Part shown: in pieces, positions 53,213 to 64,000 of the stretch
Layout of the letters: each line of letters starts with the position of its first letter
Numbering within the stretch: the first letter of the stretch is position 1
Assembly: GCA_963693365.1 (NCBI GenBank)
Contig: CAVNZM010000004.1
Location: 10,258,468-10,322,467 of the forward strand
Length of the DNA stretch: 64,000 bases
Direction of reading: 5' to 3'
Origin: Amoebidium appalachense
Taxonomy: Eukaryota > Protista > Ichthyosporea
Translations under genes and position numbers: made by a program
The notes under the pieces: model-generated
Databases searched by the model: none
What the model saw: the letters and a program-made list of their open reading frames with translations, nothing else
What the model was told of the DNA's origin: nothing

Positions 53213-53272
<60 letters not shown>

Positions 53273-53347
53273 GCCGGGGGAAGAGGAAGGGGGAGGGGGG
53301 CGAAGGAGGGGGAGGAGGGAGGAGAAAAATGGTATCGGCACACTCAC

Positions 53348-63558
<10,211 letters not shown>

Positions 63559-63786
63559 CTGTGTAATAAATGAACACAGTCAGTGTTGATCTAGATCAGC
63601 CGAAGGATTCACACACACACACACACATACACACATGCACCTGCATCACACGAATACAGGCATGAACATGCACACGTACCCCCCTCCTCCCCTCCCCCCA
63701 CCCACGGCTTCCCCCAACAATACACATGTACGTGTGTTACCCCCCCTCCCCCCCCCTCCCCCCCCCCCCCCACCCACCCACCCACC

Positions 63787-63825
<39 letters not shown>

Positions 63826-64000
63826 GGCCCACACACACACCCCACACATTCATTCATAAACAAACGGACACCCGGGTACACACACATGCATGCACCCACA
63901 CCTACCCACCCATTCACACACACACACACTCTCTCTCTCCCCTCCCCCCCCCCCCCCCCCCCTCTTTCTCCCTCTCTTTCTTTCTCTCTCCCATCCCCCC

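Overview
Eukaryotic genomic DNA with many short exons; almost every intron carries long (C)n/(G)n homopolymers and (CA)n/(GA)n microsatellites. The proteins look opisthokont/holozoan-like, but the organism cannot be named from sequence alone. Main contents: (1) terminal exon of an unidentified gene at 385-795; (2) a degenerate ~0.9-1.0 kb tandem array and a 37-bp minisatellite at 2.0-4.5 kb; (3) a >20-exon VPS50/syndetin gene (+, ~10955-30162); (4) a 5'-truncated, frameshifted PMCA-type Ca2+-ATPase pseudogene (-, ~31.9-37.1 kb); (5) tRNA-Thr(AGT); (6) a 459-bp foldback-like MITE with a 6-bp TSD; (7) a RanGAP locus (-, 45494 to beyond 63558) with two diverged LRR-GAP modules of matching exon sizes that appear to splice into one protein; (8) a Naiad/Chlamys-type Penelope-like RT in a RanGAP intron. 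The most notable signal is a ~155-nt structured RNA motif found in four places (three sequence families) in Penelope-type repeats. It has all hammerhead core nucleotides (GUU, GAAA, CUGAGGA) in a non-canonical order. Compensatory changes between copies suggest the core is assembled by a k-turn and two pseudoknots. All folding was done by eye and catalytic activity is untested.
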